Assembly: GCA_965648935.1 (NCBI GenBank)
Contig: CBFGIY010000006.1
Location: 1 to 52,577 of the forward strand
DNA length: 52,577 bases
Direction: 5' to 3'
Origin: a candidate division WOR-3 bacterium
Lineage (GTDB): Bacteria; Hydrothermota; Tepidihabitantia; Tepidihabitantales; Tepidihabitantaceae
In this document: piece after piece, positions 32,651 through 43,485 of the stretch
How positions within the stretch are numbered: the first letter of the stretch is position 1
Layout of the letters: each line of letters starts with the position of its first letter
Program-made: the position numbers and the translations under genes
The notes under the pieces: model-generated
Databases searched by the model: none
Told to the model about the DNA's origin: nothing
Seen by the model: only the letters and a program-made list of their open reading frames with translations

Positions 32651-35600
32651 TATCGGAACGCGACTTCTTCGATTTCGACTCACTGCGCCTGCGCATCGCG
32701 GCGCCGGAGACGATCCGCTCCTGGTCGAGCGGCGAGGTCATCAAGCCGGAGACAATCAACTACCGCACGCAGAAGCCGGAGCGCGACGGCCTCTTCTGCG
32801 AGCGGATCTTCGGCCCGGTGAAGGACTACGAGTGCAACTGCGGCAAGTACAAGAAGATCCGCTATAAGGGCATCATTTGCGACCGGTGCGGCGTCGAAGT
32901 GACGAGTTCGGCGGTGCGGCGCCAGCGGATGGGGCATGTCGAGCTGGTCGTGCCGGTGGCGCACACGCTGTTCTATCAGGTGCCGCCTTCCAAGGTCGGG
33001 CTGATGCTGTCGCTGTCGATAAACCAGGTCGAGACGGTGCTCAATTACGAGGCCTACGTGGTCATCGAGCCGGGCAGTTCGACCTACAAGAAGATGGAGC
33101 TCATCTCCGAGGAGGAGTATCGCGACAACGCCGGCCGGTTCGAAGGGCTGGAGGTCGCGGCCGGGGCGTCGGCGCTGAAGACGCTGCTGGCCCGGATCGA
33201 GCTTGAGGACCTGGCCGCCGAGCTGCGCGCGCGGATCAAGCACGAGACGTCGCGCCGGTTCAACCTGCTGCGCCGGCTGCGCGTGGTCGAAGCCTTCCGC
33301 GCTTCCGGGGCGCGGCCGGAGTGGATGATACTGGACGTGCTGCCGGTGATACCGCCGGACCTGCGGCCACTGGTGCCGCTTGAGGGCGGCCGTTACGCCA
33401 CCTCGGACCTCAATGACCTGTACAAGCGGGTCATCGTCCGCAACAACCGGCTGAAGCACCTGATGTCGATCCGCACGCCCGAAATAATACTCAAGAACGA
33501 GAAGCGGATGCTGCAGGACGCGGTCGACACGCTGTTCTCGAACGAAACGCGGCCCCGACCGGTGCGCGGCCGCGGCAACCGGCCGCTGAAGTCTTTGTGC
33601 GAGGCACTGCGCGGCAAGCAGGGGCGGTTCCGGCGCAACCTGCTGGGCAAGCGCGTCGATTACTCGGGCCGGTCGGTGATCGTTGTCGACCCGGCGCTGA
33701 AGCTGCACCAGTGCTCGCTGCCCAAGGAGATGGCGCTGGAGCTTTTCAAGCCGATGATCCTGCGGCAGCTCGAGGAAAGGCAGCTCGCCGAGAGCGAGCG
33801 CGGCGCCAAGTCGATGTACCGGCGCGAGGCGCCCGAAGTCTGGGAAGTGCTTGAGGAGGTCACGCGTGACCACCCGGTGCTGCTGAACCGCGCCCCGACC
33901 CTGCATCGGGTGTCGATCGAGGCGTTCTTCCCGCTGCTGTCGGAGAACCGGGCGATCGGCATTCACCCGCTGGTCTGCCCGCCGTTCAACGCCGACTTCG
34001 ACGGCGACACGATGTCGGTGCACGTGCCGCTGACGCCCGAGGCGATACTCGAAACTTCGGTGCTGATGCTGTCTTCGAACAACATCCTGTCGCCGGCGCA
34101 CGGCCGGCCGCTGATGACGCCGTCGCAGGACATCGTCGCCGGCGTCTACTACATGACCAAGGGCCGGCCGAGCCGTTCCCGGCCGGTTGGTACGTTCGGC
34201 GACTTCCATACTGTCCGTTCGGCGCTCGACCTCGGCGAGGTCGCGGTGCACGATGCCATCCGGTTCCGCTACAACGGTGAGTTCATCGAGACGACCGTCG
34301 GCCGGGTGTTGTTCAACGAGGTGCTGCCCGAGGAGCTGCGGTTCTTCAACGAGGTCTGCCCGAAGGACAAGCTCGTCGGTTTGATCAGCCGGTGCAGCCG
34401 AAGCCTGGGCATCGAGGCGACCGCGCGACTGCTTGATGCGGTCAAGGACCTCGGTTTCGAAATGGCGACCCGTTCGGGTCTTTCGATCGGTATCGATGAC
34501 GTCGTGGTGCCGAAGGAGAAGTACGACATCCTCGCTCGCAGCGAGCGTGAGCTGCGCAAGGTGCAGCGGGCGTACGAACGCGGGCTGATGACCGATTCCG
34601 AAAAGTACAACCTGGTGGTCAACACCTGGACCCTGGCCACAGCCGAGGTCGAATCCGCCCTGTTCGACCGGCTCTCCAGCGACCAGGAGGGGTTCAACCC
34701 GGTGTACATGCTCATCGACTCCGGCGCGCGCGGCTCGCGCACCCAGGCGGCCCAGATCGGCGGGATGCGCGGACTGATGGCCAAGCCCCAGCGTCGGTCG
34801 GTCGGCGAAGAGGTCATCGAAACGCCGATCAAGAGCTCGTTCCGCGAGGGTCTCTCGGTCTGGGAGTACTTCATCTCGACGCACGGCGCACGCAAGGGCC
34901 TGACCGACACGGCGTTGAAGACCGCCGAGGCCGGTTACCTCACACGGCGGCTCGTGGACGTCGCCCAGGATGTCGTTGTGTCCATGGAAGACTGCGGCAC
35001 GATTCTCGGGCAGGATGTGACGGCCCTGCGCGAGGGCGGCGACATCGTCGAGCCGCTTTCGGAACGTATCGTCGGCCGTTTCTCGCTTGACGACATCGTC
35101 AATCCGGTATCGGGCGAGGTGATCGTCCGCGCCGGCGACGAGATAACCGATGAGGCGGCGGTAGAGATCGAGGACTACGGTATCGAGACCGTCCGCGTGC
35201 GTTCGGTGCTGACCTGCGAAGCGCCAACCGGGCTGTGCGTGAAGTGCTACGGCCGCAACATGGCCACGGGCGGCATCGTCGAGATCGGCGAGGCGGTCGG
35301 CATCGTCGCGGCCCAGTCAATCGGCGAGCCGGGCACGCAGCTGACTCTGAAGACGTTCCACGTCGGCGGTGTCGCGGCAAGGGTCGCCGAGCAGACCAAG
35401 GCAACGGCGAAGTTCGCGAGCAAGGTCAAGTTCGAAGGGCTGACCACGGTGCAGCGCACCGACGGCGAATACGTCGCCCTGGACCAGGGCCGGCTCGTGC
35501 TCTCGGCCCCGGACCGCCTTGTGCCGTTCAGCGTGCCGGCCGGTGCGACCGTCCGGGTGCAGGACGGTCAGGACATCAAGGAAGGCGACACGCTGTTCGA

Positions 35601-36675
35601 ATGGGAGCCGTACTCGATACCGATCGTTGCCCGGGCCAAGGGCAAGGTCGTGTTCCACGATGTGGTCGTCGGAGTTACGCTGCGCGAGGATATCGACGAG
35701 CGTACCGAGCGGATGCAGCGCATCGTCACTGACGACCGCGAGAAGCGGCTGCACCCGCGCATCGTAATCGTCAACGCCAAGGGCAAGGCACTGGAGACCC
35801 ACGCGCTGCCGGCGGGCGCATACCTCGTGATTGACGACAAGGCCGAGGTCGTGCCCGGCGACACGCTCGCCCGACTGCTGCGCGAGATGAGCCGATCGCG
35901 CGACATCACCGGCGGCCTGCCCAAGGTGGCCGAGCTGTTCGAGGCGAAACGCGTCAAGGATCCGGCGATAATCTCCGAGATCGACGGCACGGTCGAGGTC
36001 GGCGAGCCGCGCGAGGGTGTGCGTCAGGTCAAGGTCGTGTCCGAAGGCGGCACCGAGAAGGACTACGATATCCCGTACGGCAAGTACCTGCTGGTGCAAT
36101 CCGGCGACCGCGTCCATGCCGGCGACAAGCTGTGCGAGGGTTCGGTTGACCCGCACGACGTGCTGCGCGTGCGCGGCTGGCTGTCGGTGCAGGAGTTCCT
36201 CACCAACCAGATCCAGGCCGTGTACCGGCTGCAGAAGGTGAAGATCAACGACAAGCACATCTCGGTCATCGTCCGGCAGATGCTGCGCAAGGCGAAGATT
36301 GAGGACGCCGGCGATTCGAGCTTCATCGAGGGCGAGATCGTCGAGCGCCGGCGGCTCTACGACGAGAACCAGAGGCTGATAGCCGAGAACATGCGGCCGG
36401 CGAGCTTCCAGCCGATACTGCTGGGCATCACCCGCGCGGCGCTGTTGACCGAGAGCTTCCTTTCGGCCGCTTCGTTCCAGGAAACGACGCGCGTGCTGTC
36501 GGAGGCCGCAATTCAGGGCCGCGAGGACAAGCTGAAGGGCCTGAAAGAGAACGTCATTGTTGGACGGCTGGTGCCGGCGGGCACGGGTTTCCGTGAGTTC
36601 AGCCGCATCAAGCTCGTCAAGGAAGAACCGCAGGAAGAACAGGCAGAGGAAACGCAAGAGCAGGAGGCAGTCTAG
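32647..36675 (+). CDS. rpoC: RNA polymerase beta' subunit
   Basis: KPETINYRT, Zn finger, [27 protein letters not shown]. Confidence 0.99.
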
Positions 36676-36677
36676 GT

Positions 36678-37061
36678 ATGCCCACAATCAACCAACTCGT
36701 CCGTCGGCGCCGGACGGTGATCCACGGCCGGTCGAAGACGCCCGCGCTGCGCGGCAACCCGCAGAAGCGCGGGGTGTGCACGCGCGTGTACACGACGACC
36801 CCGAAGAAGCCGAACTCGGCGCTGCGCAAGGTCTGCAAGGTCCGGCTGTCGCACGGCGGCGAGATAACCGCCTACATCCCGGGCGAGGGCCACAACCTGC
36901 AGGAGCACTCGATAGTGCTTGTGCGCGGGGGGCGCGTCAAGGACCTGCCCGGCGTGCGCTATCACGTCGTCCGCGGCGTGCTTGACACGACCGGGGTCGA
37001 GGGGCGGCGCCAGGCACGGAGCCAGTACGGCGTGAAGCGGCCCAAGCCGGCCGCCGGCTAG
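36678..37061 (+). CDS. rpsL: 30S ribosomal protein S12
   Basis: [32 protein letters not shown]. Confidence 0.99.
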   Translation: MPTINQLVRRRRTVIHGRSKTPALRGNPQKRGVCTRVYTTTPKKPNSALRKVCKVRLSHGGEITAYIPGEGHNLQEHSIVLVRGGRVKDLPGVRYHVVRGVLDTTGVEGRRQARSQYGVKRPKPAAG

Positions 37062-37074
37062 GGAGAAACAAGCG

Positions 37075-37545
37075 ATGTCACGCAGGCACAGAGCAGACTC
37101 CCGGACGCTGGCGCCGGATCCGCGGTACAACTCGACGCTCGTCACGAAGTTCATGAACTACATAATGTGGGCGGGCAAGAAGACGACCGCGCAGCGGATC
37201 TTCTACGGCGCGATGGACCTCATCGAGGAGAAGACCAAGGAAGACGGCTACGCGGTCTTTCAGAAAGCGATGAACAACATCAAGCCGGTGCTCGAGGTGC
37301 GGCCGCGCCGGGTCGGCGGCGCAACCTATCAGATTCCGATGGAGGTCCGGCCGCGGCGGCGCGACGCGCTCGCCCTGAAGTGGACAATCACCTCGGCCCG
37401 CGCCCGCAGCGAGCACACTATGATCGAGAAGCTCGCGGGCGAGCTGATCGATGCCAGCCGCGGCCAGGGGGCGGCGGTCAAGAAGAAGGAAGACACTCAC
37501 AAGATGGCAGAGGCGAACCGCGCGTTCGCCCACTACCGCTGGTAA
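37075..37545 (+). CDS. rpsG: 30S ribosomal protein S7
   Basis: [27 protein letters not shown]. Confidence 0.99.
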   Translation: MSRRHRADSRTLAPDPRYNSTLVTKFMNYIMWAGKKTTAQRIFYGAMDLIEEKTKEDGYAVFQKAMNNIKPVLEVRPRRVGGATYQIPMEVRPRRRDALALKWTITSARARSEHTMIEKLAGELIDASRGQGAAVKKKEDTHKMAEANRAFAHYRW

Positions 37546-37564
37546 TCCTGCAGCGGTTCTTCCT

Positions 37565-37604
37565 CCAGCGGCCCGGTGCGCCGAACCGGGCCGCTGGGCT
37601 TTAT
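37565..37604. terminator. Terminator hairpin after rpsG, between convergent genes
   Basis: 13-bp perfect stem CCAGCGGCCCGGT/ACCGGGCCGCTGG followed by GCTTTAT. Confidence 0.7.
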
Positions 37605-37605
37605 A

Positions 37606-38385
37606 TCAGGTCGGCGCGAGCGCGGTGAGCGCGAGGTTGCGACCGGTGACCGGGTCGCGGCGAACCGAGTAGCACGCCGCGGCGTTCTCGAGCGAGCACA
37701 GCTCCAGTCCCGGGTACTCCAGCAGGCCGAGGTCGCTGAGCTGGGCGCGATTGGCGGCGCGCAGGTCCAGGCGCCAGCGGTCCGGCCCGGGGCCGGGTAC
37801 GAGAGCGTTGTCAGCTCCGGGCAGGCCCGCCAGTGCGGCGTGCACATCGGCGCCGACCGAGTAGCAGCGACCACAGATGCACGGGCCGAGCGAGAACGCG
37901 AGGGCAGTGACCGGGCGGCCGGCCGCGCGTGCGAGCGCATTCGCCGCTTTCTGAGCGAGGCGCGCCGCGGTGCCGCGCCAGCCGCAGTGAGCGAGACCGA
38001 CCGCACCGCCGTCCAGCGCGTAGAGATACACCGGCAGGCAGTCAGCGACCTTGATGCCGACGGCCGCGGGCCGGACCGCCGTGAGCGCGTCGCCGGTCAC
38101 GGTCTCGTTGTCGGGGGAGATGGTGTCGGAGGGCAGGATCGCGTCGGAGTGAACCTGGCGGAGAGTCATGAGCCTGCTGATACCAAGGGCGCCGGCGACA
38201 AGCGCGCGGTTGGCCGAGACCGTCGCGGGGTCATCGCCGACGTCGAACGAGCAGTTCAACGAGGCGAAGCGACCGGCCGACATTCCGGCGTGTCGGCCCG
38301 TGAACACGAGGTCGACTCCCGCGACCGGTGAGCAGCGATAGCCCGAGACGCCATTGCTCGATCGGAACGGCCGCCAGTCGTTCAA
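37606..38385 (-). CDS. pgeF: PgeF/YfiH (DUF152) purine nucleoside phosphorylase / polyphenol oxidase-like protein
   Basis: FT.R.AG.S, QVH, ADCLPV, AHCGWRG, GPCI...CY.VG, YS.RR...GR. Confidence 0.9.
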   Translation of the reverse strand: MNDWRPFRSSNGVSGYRCSPVAGVDLVFTGRHAGMSAGRFASLNCSFDVGDDPATVSANRALVAGALGISRLMTLRQVHSDAILPSDTISPDNETVTGDALTAVRPAAVGIKVADCLPVYLYALDGGAVGLAHCGWRGTAARLAQKAANALARAAGRPVTALAFSLGPCICGRCYSVGADVHAALAGLPGADNALVPGPGPDRWRLDLRAANRAQLSDLGLLEYPGLELCSLENAAACYSVRRDPVTGRNLALTALAPT

Positions 38386-40106
38386 CTCCCGTCGTCGGTG
38401 CGCAGGTCGCGGATTTCGAGCTGGACGCTGGTCCGGCCGTTGTAGGAGCGACGGACAGGGGTGTAGACGATGTCGAGCGAACCGGGCTGGCCCAGAATGA
38501 TGCCGGGCAGGTCAGAACTCCGGCCCCAGGCGATCGCCTCGCGCACAACCGCGCCGTCGCGAAGGTTCAGTCGCAGGTGATTGCGGCCGACGCGGCGCGG
38601 GTTGCCGACAACCTCCAGCCCGAAAGTCGCCAGCATCGGCCGGGGGTTGCCCTCGCCGAACGGCTCAAAGCGTTCAAGCGCGCCCACCAGTTCGTCGTCT
38701 ATTTCCTCCAGTCGCGCGACGGCATCGACACTCAGCGCAGGTTTCAGAGATTCGTCAGGAAGCGAGGCCGCCTGCAACTCAAACAGCCGGCGGAACTCGG
38801 CCAGCCGGTCGGCCGAAAGAGCCAGTCCGGCCGCAGCGCGATGCCCGCCGAAACCCTCGAGGGCGCCGGAGCAGGCCTCGAGTGCCGCGTGCAGGTCAAA
38901 GCCCGGTATCGAACGACCCGAGCCGCGGCCCCGGCCGTCGCGCAACGATATGACCACGGTAGGACGCCAGAAGCGGTCCGCGAGCCGGGATGCGACGATG
39001 CCGATCACGCCCTCGGGCCAGCCCGGCCCTGCCAGGACAAGTGTCCGGCCCGCGACCAGCCCCTCGCGCTCGATGAGGTTCAGGGCTTCGGCCAGGACGC
39101 GTTCTTCGGATACCTGCCGGCCGCGGTTCAAGCGGTTGAGCTCTTCGGCAATCGCGCGTGCCGCCTCCGCGTCGTCAGCGATGAGCAGTTCGAGTGCGCG
39201 GCCGGCATCGCCGACACGGCCGGCGGCGTTTATCCGCGGCGCGAAAGCGAAAGCGACATCACGCGAGGACAGGGGCCGGTCAGCGATTCCGGCAACTGCA
39301 AGCAGGGCCTGGATACCGGGCCGGGCGCTGTGCTGGATCGCGGGCAGGCCAAGCCGCGCGATGACACGGTTTTCGCCCACCAGCGGCACGACGTCGGCGA
39401 TGGTGCCAATCGTGACCAGATCGAGCAGTTCGGTCAGTTCCTCGCGCGGCCGGCCGAGACGCGACAGCACGTTCCAGGCAAGCTTGAACGCAACACCGAC
39501 GCCGGCCAGGTGAGGGAACGCCGTGGAGGCATCGGGGCGGTGCGGGTTGACGACAGCAAGCGCATCGGGGAGGGGCGCATCGGGCGTGCGCAGCTCGTGG
39601 TGGTCGGTTATGACAAGGTCGATTCCGGCGGCGCGGGCCGCGGCCGCGGACGCATGGTCAGAAGTGCCGCAGTCCACCGTCACAATCAGTTCAGCGCCTA
39701 GGTTCCTCGCGCGCTCGACACCGCCGATCGAGAAGCCGTATCCTTCTCTCACGCGGTCGGGGAGATACCAGCCTGCCTCGATGCCCAGCCGGCGCAGGGT
39801 CAGGACCATGACTGCAGTGGCGGTAACGCCGTCGGCGTCGTAGTCACCGCAGACCAGAACACGTTCGCGGTCGCGCATGGCCCGGATGATGCGTTCGGTC
39901 GCCGGCTCGATGTCGGGCAGGTCGTCGGGCCGGGTGAGGCGAGAGGCCGATGGTTCGAGGAAGGCGGCCAGCGCATCCGGGCTGTCGTGGCCGCGGCGCA
40001 GAAGCAACTCGGCAGCAAGACGGGGCAGGCCGGGCGCGATCGAACCGGCAGACTCGATCGGCGCGGGCAGGTGCCAGCGGCAAGCAGGTGAGATGCCGTT
40101 TGCCAT
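38382..40106 (-). CDS. recJ: ssDNA exonuclease RecJ
   Basis: GDYDADG, TVDCG, ITDHH, PRINAAGR, GSGRS, GGH.AAAG, PFG.GNP.P. Confidence 0.96.
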   Translation of the reverse strand: MANGISPACRWHLPAPIESAGSIAPGLPRLAAELLLRRGHDSPDALAAFLEPSASRLTRPDDLPDIEPATERIIRAMRDRERVLVCGDYDADGVTATAVMVLTLRRLGIEAGWYLPDRVREGYGFSIGGVERARNLGAELIVTVDCGTSDHASAAAARAAGIDLVITDHHELRTPDAPLPDALAVVNPHRPDASTAFPHLAGVGVAFKLAWNVLSRLGRPREELTELLDLVTIGTIADVVPLVGENRVIARLGLPAIQHSARPGIQALLAVAGIADRPLSSRDVAFAFAPRINAAGRVGDAGRALELLIADDAEAARAIAEELNRLNRGRQVSEERVLAEALNLIEREGLVAGRTLVLAGPGWPEGVIGIVASRLADRFWRPTVVISLRDGRGRGSGRSIPGFDLHAALEACSGALEGFGGHRAAAGLALSADRLAEFRRLFELQAASLPDESLKPALSVDAVARLEEIDDELVGALERFEPFGEGNPRPMLATFGLEVVGNPRRVGRNHLRLNLRDGAVVREAIAWGRSSDLPGIILGQPGSLDIVYTPVRRSYNGRTSVQLEIRDLRTDDGS

Positions 40107-40112
40107 GTGGCC

Positions 40113-41927
40113 TCAGCGCAGGCGCGACTCGACCGCAGCGAGGGCGGAATTTGCTTCGCTGTGGCTCGGGTCGATCGCCACCGCGCGGGAGAGGAACTCA
40201 CGGGCCTGGGGCAGGCTGTCGAGACTGATGTAGACCAGGCCAAGCAGGTAGCTGGCCTCGGCATCGCGCGGGTTCTCGGAAAGCGACTGACGGTAGAGCC
40301 GCACCGCCGTACCGAAGTCGCGGCGGGCGATGGCAAGCCGGGCAGCTCCAAGCAGGACAAAGGGCCGGGCTGCAGGGCTGTTGCCCGCGGCTGCGAGCAA
40401 CTGGCGGTATTCCCTCTCGGCATCACCAACCTGTCCGGCAGTCGCCAGACTGACGAGCAGGCTGTAGCGGGCAGAGAGATTCGCCGGGTCGGCGGCGAGC
40501 GCCTGTTCAAGTTCGGCAATTGCCGGCCGCAGTTCCCGGCGCTGCAGGAGGATGTTCGCCGACTGGACACGGGCCTGCGCGGTGTAGCTCTTGCGCTGAA
40601 CCGGGACCAGTATGGTCACGGCGAAGAGGGCCGCCGCCGCAGCGATGCCGATGACACCCCGTGCTGTCCGACTTGAACGGAACGCCTCGATGGTTCGGTC
40701 CAGCGCATAGCCTGCGAAGCACAGCAGGAACGGGATGACCGGCGCGCGCAGGCGCGAGAGCACGTAGAAGGTGAGTGAGGAGAGCAGGTAGGCAGCGACA
40801 TACAGATACGCCGGCAAGGCGGTTCGGCGGGAGCGCCATGCCCAGGCCATTCCCACTGCACCCAGAGCCAGAACCATCCCGAAGGACAGGGAAGCCATGC
40901 GTAGTGCGGTTGACCGCGCGCGGGCGGTCTCAGGGTAGTAGTTGTTGGGGACTTCGTAGTCGGCGATGAACAACAACAGCTTCCTCGCCTCAAGACGCAG
41001 CCAGGCGCCGGGCGAGTCCACGATGAAGCGCAGGCCGCGGTTGAACCAGTAACTGGACGCGGCCGACCAGGACAGGCGGCGGCCGTTGACCGTCCGGGCA
41101 GTTTCCTTGAGCGCGTCGTGAGAGAACCCGGCGGTCGGGTGCAGCTCAGGCGCGGGCTGCCAGGCGCCGTCCGCAGCAGGGTTGTTGCCGTAGTAGAAAT
41201 TCACGCCGGAATGGGCGGTGAACAGCACCGGGTCGCGGGCGACGAGCCAGTTACGCAGGGGCACGGCACCGATGACGATCACGGTTGTGGCAAGGGCGGC
41301 AAGTCCGCAGCGCACGGGTGCCCGGCGCAGGGCGAGCCAGAGCCCCAGCCCGGGCAGCACTACGAGCAGCTCTGGCCGGCAGATGACCGAGAGCCCAAAG
41401 GCCAATCCGGCCAGTGACCACAGCCACCATCGGCTTCCTGCCGTGAGGGCGAGCCATACGGTCAGGAGAGTGAGAAGTACCGTCAGTTCAACATAGAGCA
41501 GTGTGCCGGTGTAGAAGACGAGCACGCCACAGAACGCGAAACCGAGTGCCGCGAACAGCGCGGCGCGGCCACTGAACAGACGGCGCGTGGTATCGTAAAG
41601 CAGCCAGCAGGAGACTCCGGCGAGAAGAGACTGGACCAGCTGTACGGGCCACGGGCTTGCGCCGAACAGCGCGTAGACTGCGGCCAGGAAGTAAGGGTAG
41701 AGCGGGCGCAGGAAGAAGACGTCGCTGCCCCAGAAGTCCCCGCCGACTATCGCAAGAGCCCAGCGATGGTAGTACCAGGCGTCGACCATCTGGGCCGAGA
41801 TCGTCGAGAACACCGTGCCGCGCATCTCAAACAGGAACCAGAGCCGCACCCCAACGGCCAGCGCCGCGACCAGGAGAGATGGCGCCAGCCGGCCCGGACG
41901 GCTTGGCAGGGGAGGCTTGCGTTTCAC
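40113..41927 (-). CDS. GT-C glycosyltransferase (GT39/PMT-like) with C-terminal TPR repeats
   Basis: D...Y..WA, PLYPYFLA, many TMs, G.NFY.GN, R.R.P motif, TPR-like tail. Confidence 0.8.
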   Translation of the reverse strand: MKRKPPLPSRPGRLAPSLLVAALAVGVRLWFLFEMRGTVFSTISAQMVDAWYYHRWALAIVGGDFWGSDVFFLRPLYPYFLAAVYALFGASPWPVQLVQSLLAGVSCWLLYDTTRRLFSGRAALFAALGFAFCGVLVFYTGTLLYVELTVLLTLLTVWLALTAGSRWWLWSLAGLAFGLSVICRPELLVVLPGLGLWLALRRAPVRCGLAALATTVIVIGAVPLRNWLVARDPVLFTAHSGVNFYYGNNPAADGAWQPAPELHPTAGFSHDALKETARTVNGRRLSWSAASSYWFNRGLRFIVDSPGAWLRLEARKLLLFIADYEVPNNYYPETARARSTALRMASLSFGMVLALGAVGMAWAWRSRRTALPAYLYVAAYLLSSLTFYVLSRLRAPVIPFLLCFAGYALDRTIEAFRSSRTARGVIGIAAAAALFAVTILVPVQRKSYTAQARVQSANILLQRRELRPAIAELEQALAADPANLSARYSLLVSLATAGQVGDAEREYRQLLAAAGNSPAARPFVLLGAARLAIARRDFGTAVRLYRQSLSENPRDAEASYLLGLVYISLDSLPQAREFLSRAVAIDPSHSEANSALAAVESRLR

Positions 41928-41987
41928 GGTGCGGCCGAGTATAGACCGTGCCGAGCAGTTTACAAGTCGGGCTTGACTGCCTGCCTT

Positions 41988-42024
41988 CAGTTAGAGTATA
42001 CTAACTGTGTTAGGTATGGCTAAT
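41988..42024 (+). promoter_or_regulatory. Tandem DtxR/MntR-type operator boxes overlapping the -10 element and start codon
   Basis: TTAGAGTATACTAA (41991-42004, within CAGTTAG-N6-CTAACTG) and TTAGGTATGGCTAA (42010-42023); promoter TTGACT-18-TATACT. Confidence 0.75.
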
Positions 42025-42435
42025 ATATACACACCGGTCAGGCTCGGGCAGAGCGCCGAGGACTACCTTGAGGCGATACTCGCTGTCGAGACTTCCGGAC
42101 GGCCGGTGCGCGTCAAGAACCTTGCCGAGAGTCTGGGCGTGAGCCGGCCATCGGTGGTCGCTGCCCTCGCTGCGCTAGAGGAGAAGGGAATGGTCGTTCA
42201 CGAGCGCTATGGCGGGGTCGAGCTGACCGCAGCGGGCCGCGCGGCCGCGAGCGAAGTGAGCCGGCGACACCGGGTCGTGCGGTTCTTTCTTGAAGAAGTC
42301 CTGGGCGTGAGCGGCAAGACGGCCGACGCTGATGCCTGCCTCATCGAGCACGCGCTTTCCCCGGAAACAGCCAGTCGACTGGCCGAGTTTGTCGCCCGCC
42401 GGCGGAGGCGGACAGCAGCGAGGCCGCAAAAGTGA
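42016..42435 (+). CDS. DtxR/MntR-family metal-dependent repressor
   Basis: S.EDYLEAI, HTH LA..LGVSRPSV, RRH....FL, A.ADAC.IEH.LS. Confidence 0.92.
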   Translation: MANIYTPVRLGQSAEDYLEAILAVETSGRPVRVKNLAESLGVSRPSVVAALAALEEKGMVVHERYGGVELTAAGRAAASEVSRRHRVVRFFLEEVLGVSGKTADADACLIEHALSPETASRLAEFVARRRRRTAARPQK

Positions 42436-42614
42436 GATCCCTGCTCGCAAGGCTCGTCGCGCGTTGCCGGTTGCGTCCGGGACCGTCCAAGCGCGAACTG
42501 CGCGAGGATTCGGCGCCGCGCTGCACGAAGAAAGGATGTCGGGGCTGCTCCCTTCTTGGTCGCTGCGGCGGGTTGGAGTCACGAAAGCCGACCAAGGGCA
42601 GGAATGAAACCTGA
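42432..42614 (+). CDS. Small Cys-rich protein with CX4CX2CX5C (FeoC-type) motif
   Basis: GTGA overlap with the repressor stop, overlaps zupT start; CTKKGCRGCSLLGRC. Confidence 0.5.
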   Translation: MRSLLARLVARCRLRPGPSKRELREDSAPRCTKKGCRGCSLLGRCGGLESRKPTKGRNET

Positions 42615-43398
42615 TTTTGTCTTCGCCTTGGCGCTGTCAGCAGTCGCATCGCTGGCCACTTTCACTGGCGGTCTGATTTCGCTGGTGGTGCGCCGGCCCG
42701 GACCGCGGGTGATGGCCGCCAGTCTTGGATTCTCTGCTGGTGTGATGATTTTCGTCTCCTTCGCAGAACTGCTGCCCTCGGGCATTGCCGATGTCGGGTT
42801 CCTCCCCGCGGTCGGTGCGTTCTTCGGCGGGCTGCTCGCGATGTACCTGATCGATGCCGCGGTGCCGCACGTGTTTGTCACAGAGGGTCATGAACTCAAG
42901 ATCCATCCCGATTGCGTGCCGGCGACGGCGCAGCCCGGCCGGCAGATCAACCTGCTGCGCTCCAGCCTGTTGATTGCCATCGGTATCGGCATCCACAACC
43001 TGCCTGAGGGGATGGCGACGTTCGCCGGCGCGCTGAAGAGCCGCGGCCTCGGTCTCGCCATCGGCGGGGCGGTGGCTCTGCACAACATTCCGGAAGGGCT
43101 GGCTGTGGCCGTGCCGGTGTTCTGCGCCACCGGGTCACGCAGCCGCTCGCTGCTGTGGGCCTTTCTGGCCGGCGCCTCCGAACTGGCCGGCGCGTTGCTT
43201 GCGGCGGCGTTGCTGATGCCGCTACTGACGCCACATCTGCTTGCGGTCGTGCTGGCCGCGGTTGCCGGCTTGATGGTCTTCATATCGTTCGACGAGCTGA
43301 TACCGGGGTCCTACTCGTACGGTCACGAGCACGCCAGCGTCATCGGTCTGATCGCCGGGATGGCCCTGATGGCCTTTGGCATCTGGATACTGGGATGA
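42604..43398 (+). CDS. zupT: ZIP-family divalent metal transporter ZupT
   Basis: GFSAGVM..VSF.EL, HNLPEG and HNIPEG motifs, AGLM.FIS.DEL.P. Confidence 0.92.
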   Translation: MKPDFVFALALSAVASLATFTGGLISLVVRRPGPRVMAASLGFSAGVMIFVSFAELLPSGIADVGFLPAVGAFFGGLLAMYLIDAAVPHVFVTEGHELKIHPDCVPATAQPGRQINLLRSSLLIAIGIGIHNLPEGMATFAGALKSRGLGLAIGGAVALHNIPEGLAVAVPVFCATGSRSRSLLWAFLAGASELAGALLAAALLMPLLTPHLLAVVLAAVAGLMVFISFDELIPGSYSYGHEHASVIGLIAGMALMAFGIWILG

Positions 43399-43485
43399 CG
43401 CAGCGTGGGTTGATTGACCGTGACTGCCGGCTAGACTGTGTCCGTTGTCCGGCTTGGCGACTCCCGAGATGAAAGGAAACCAAAG

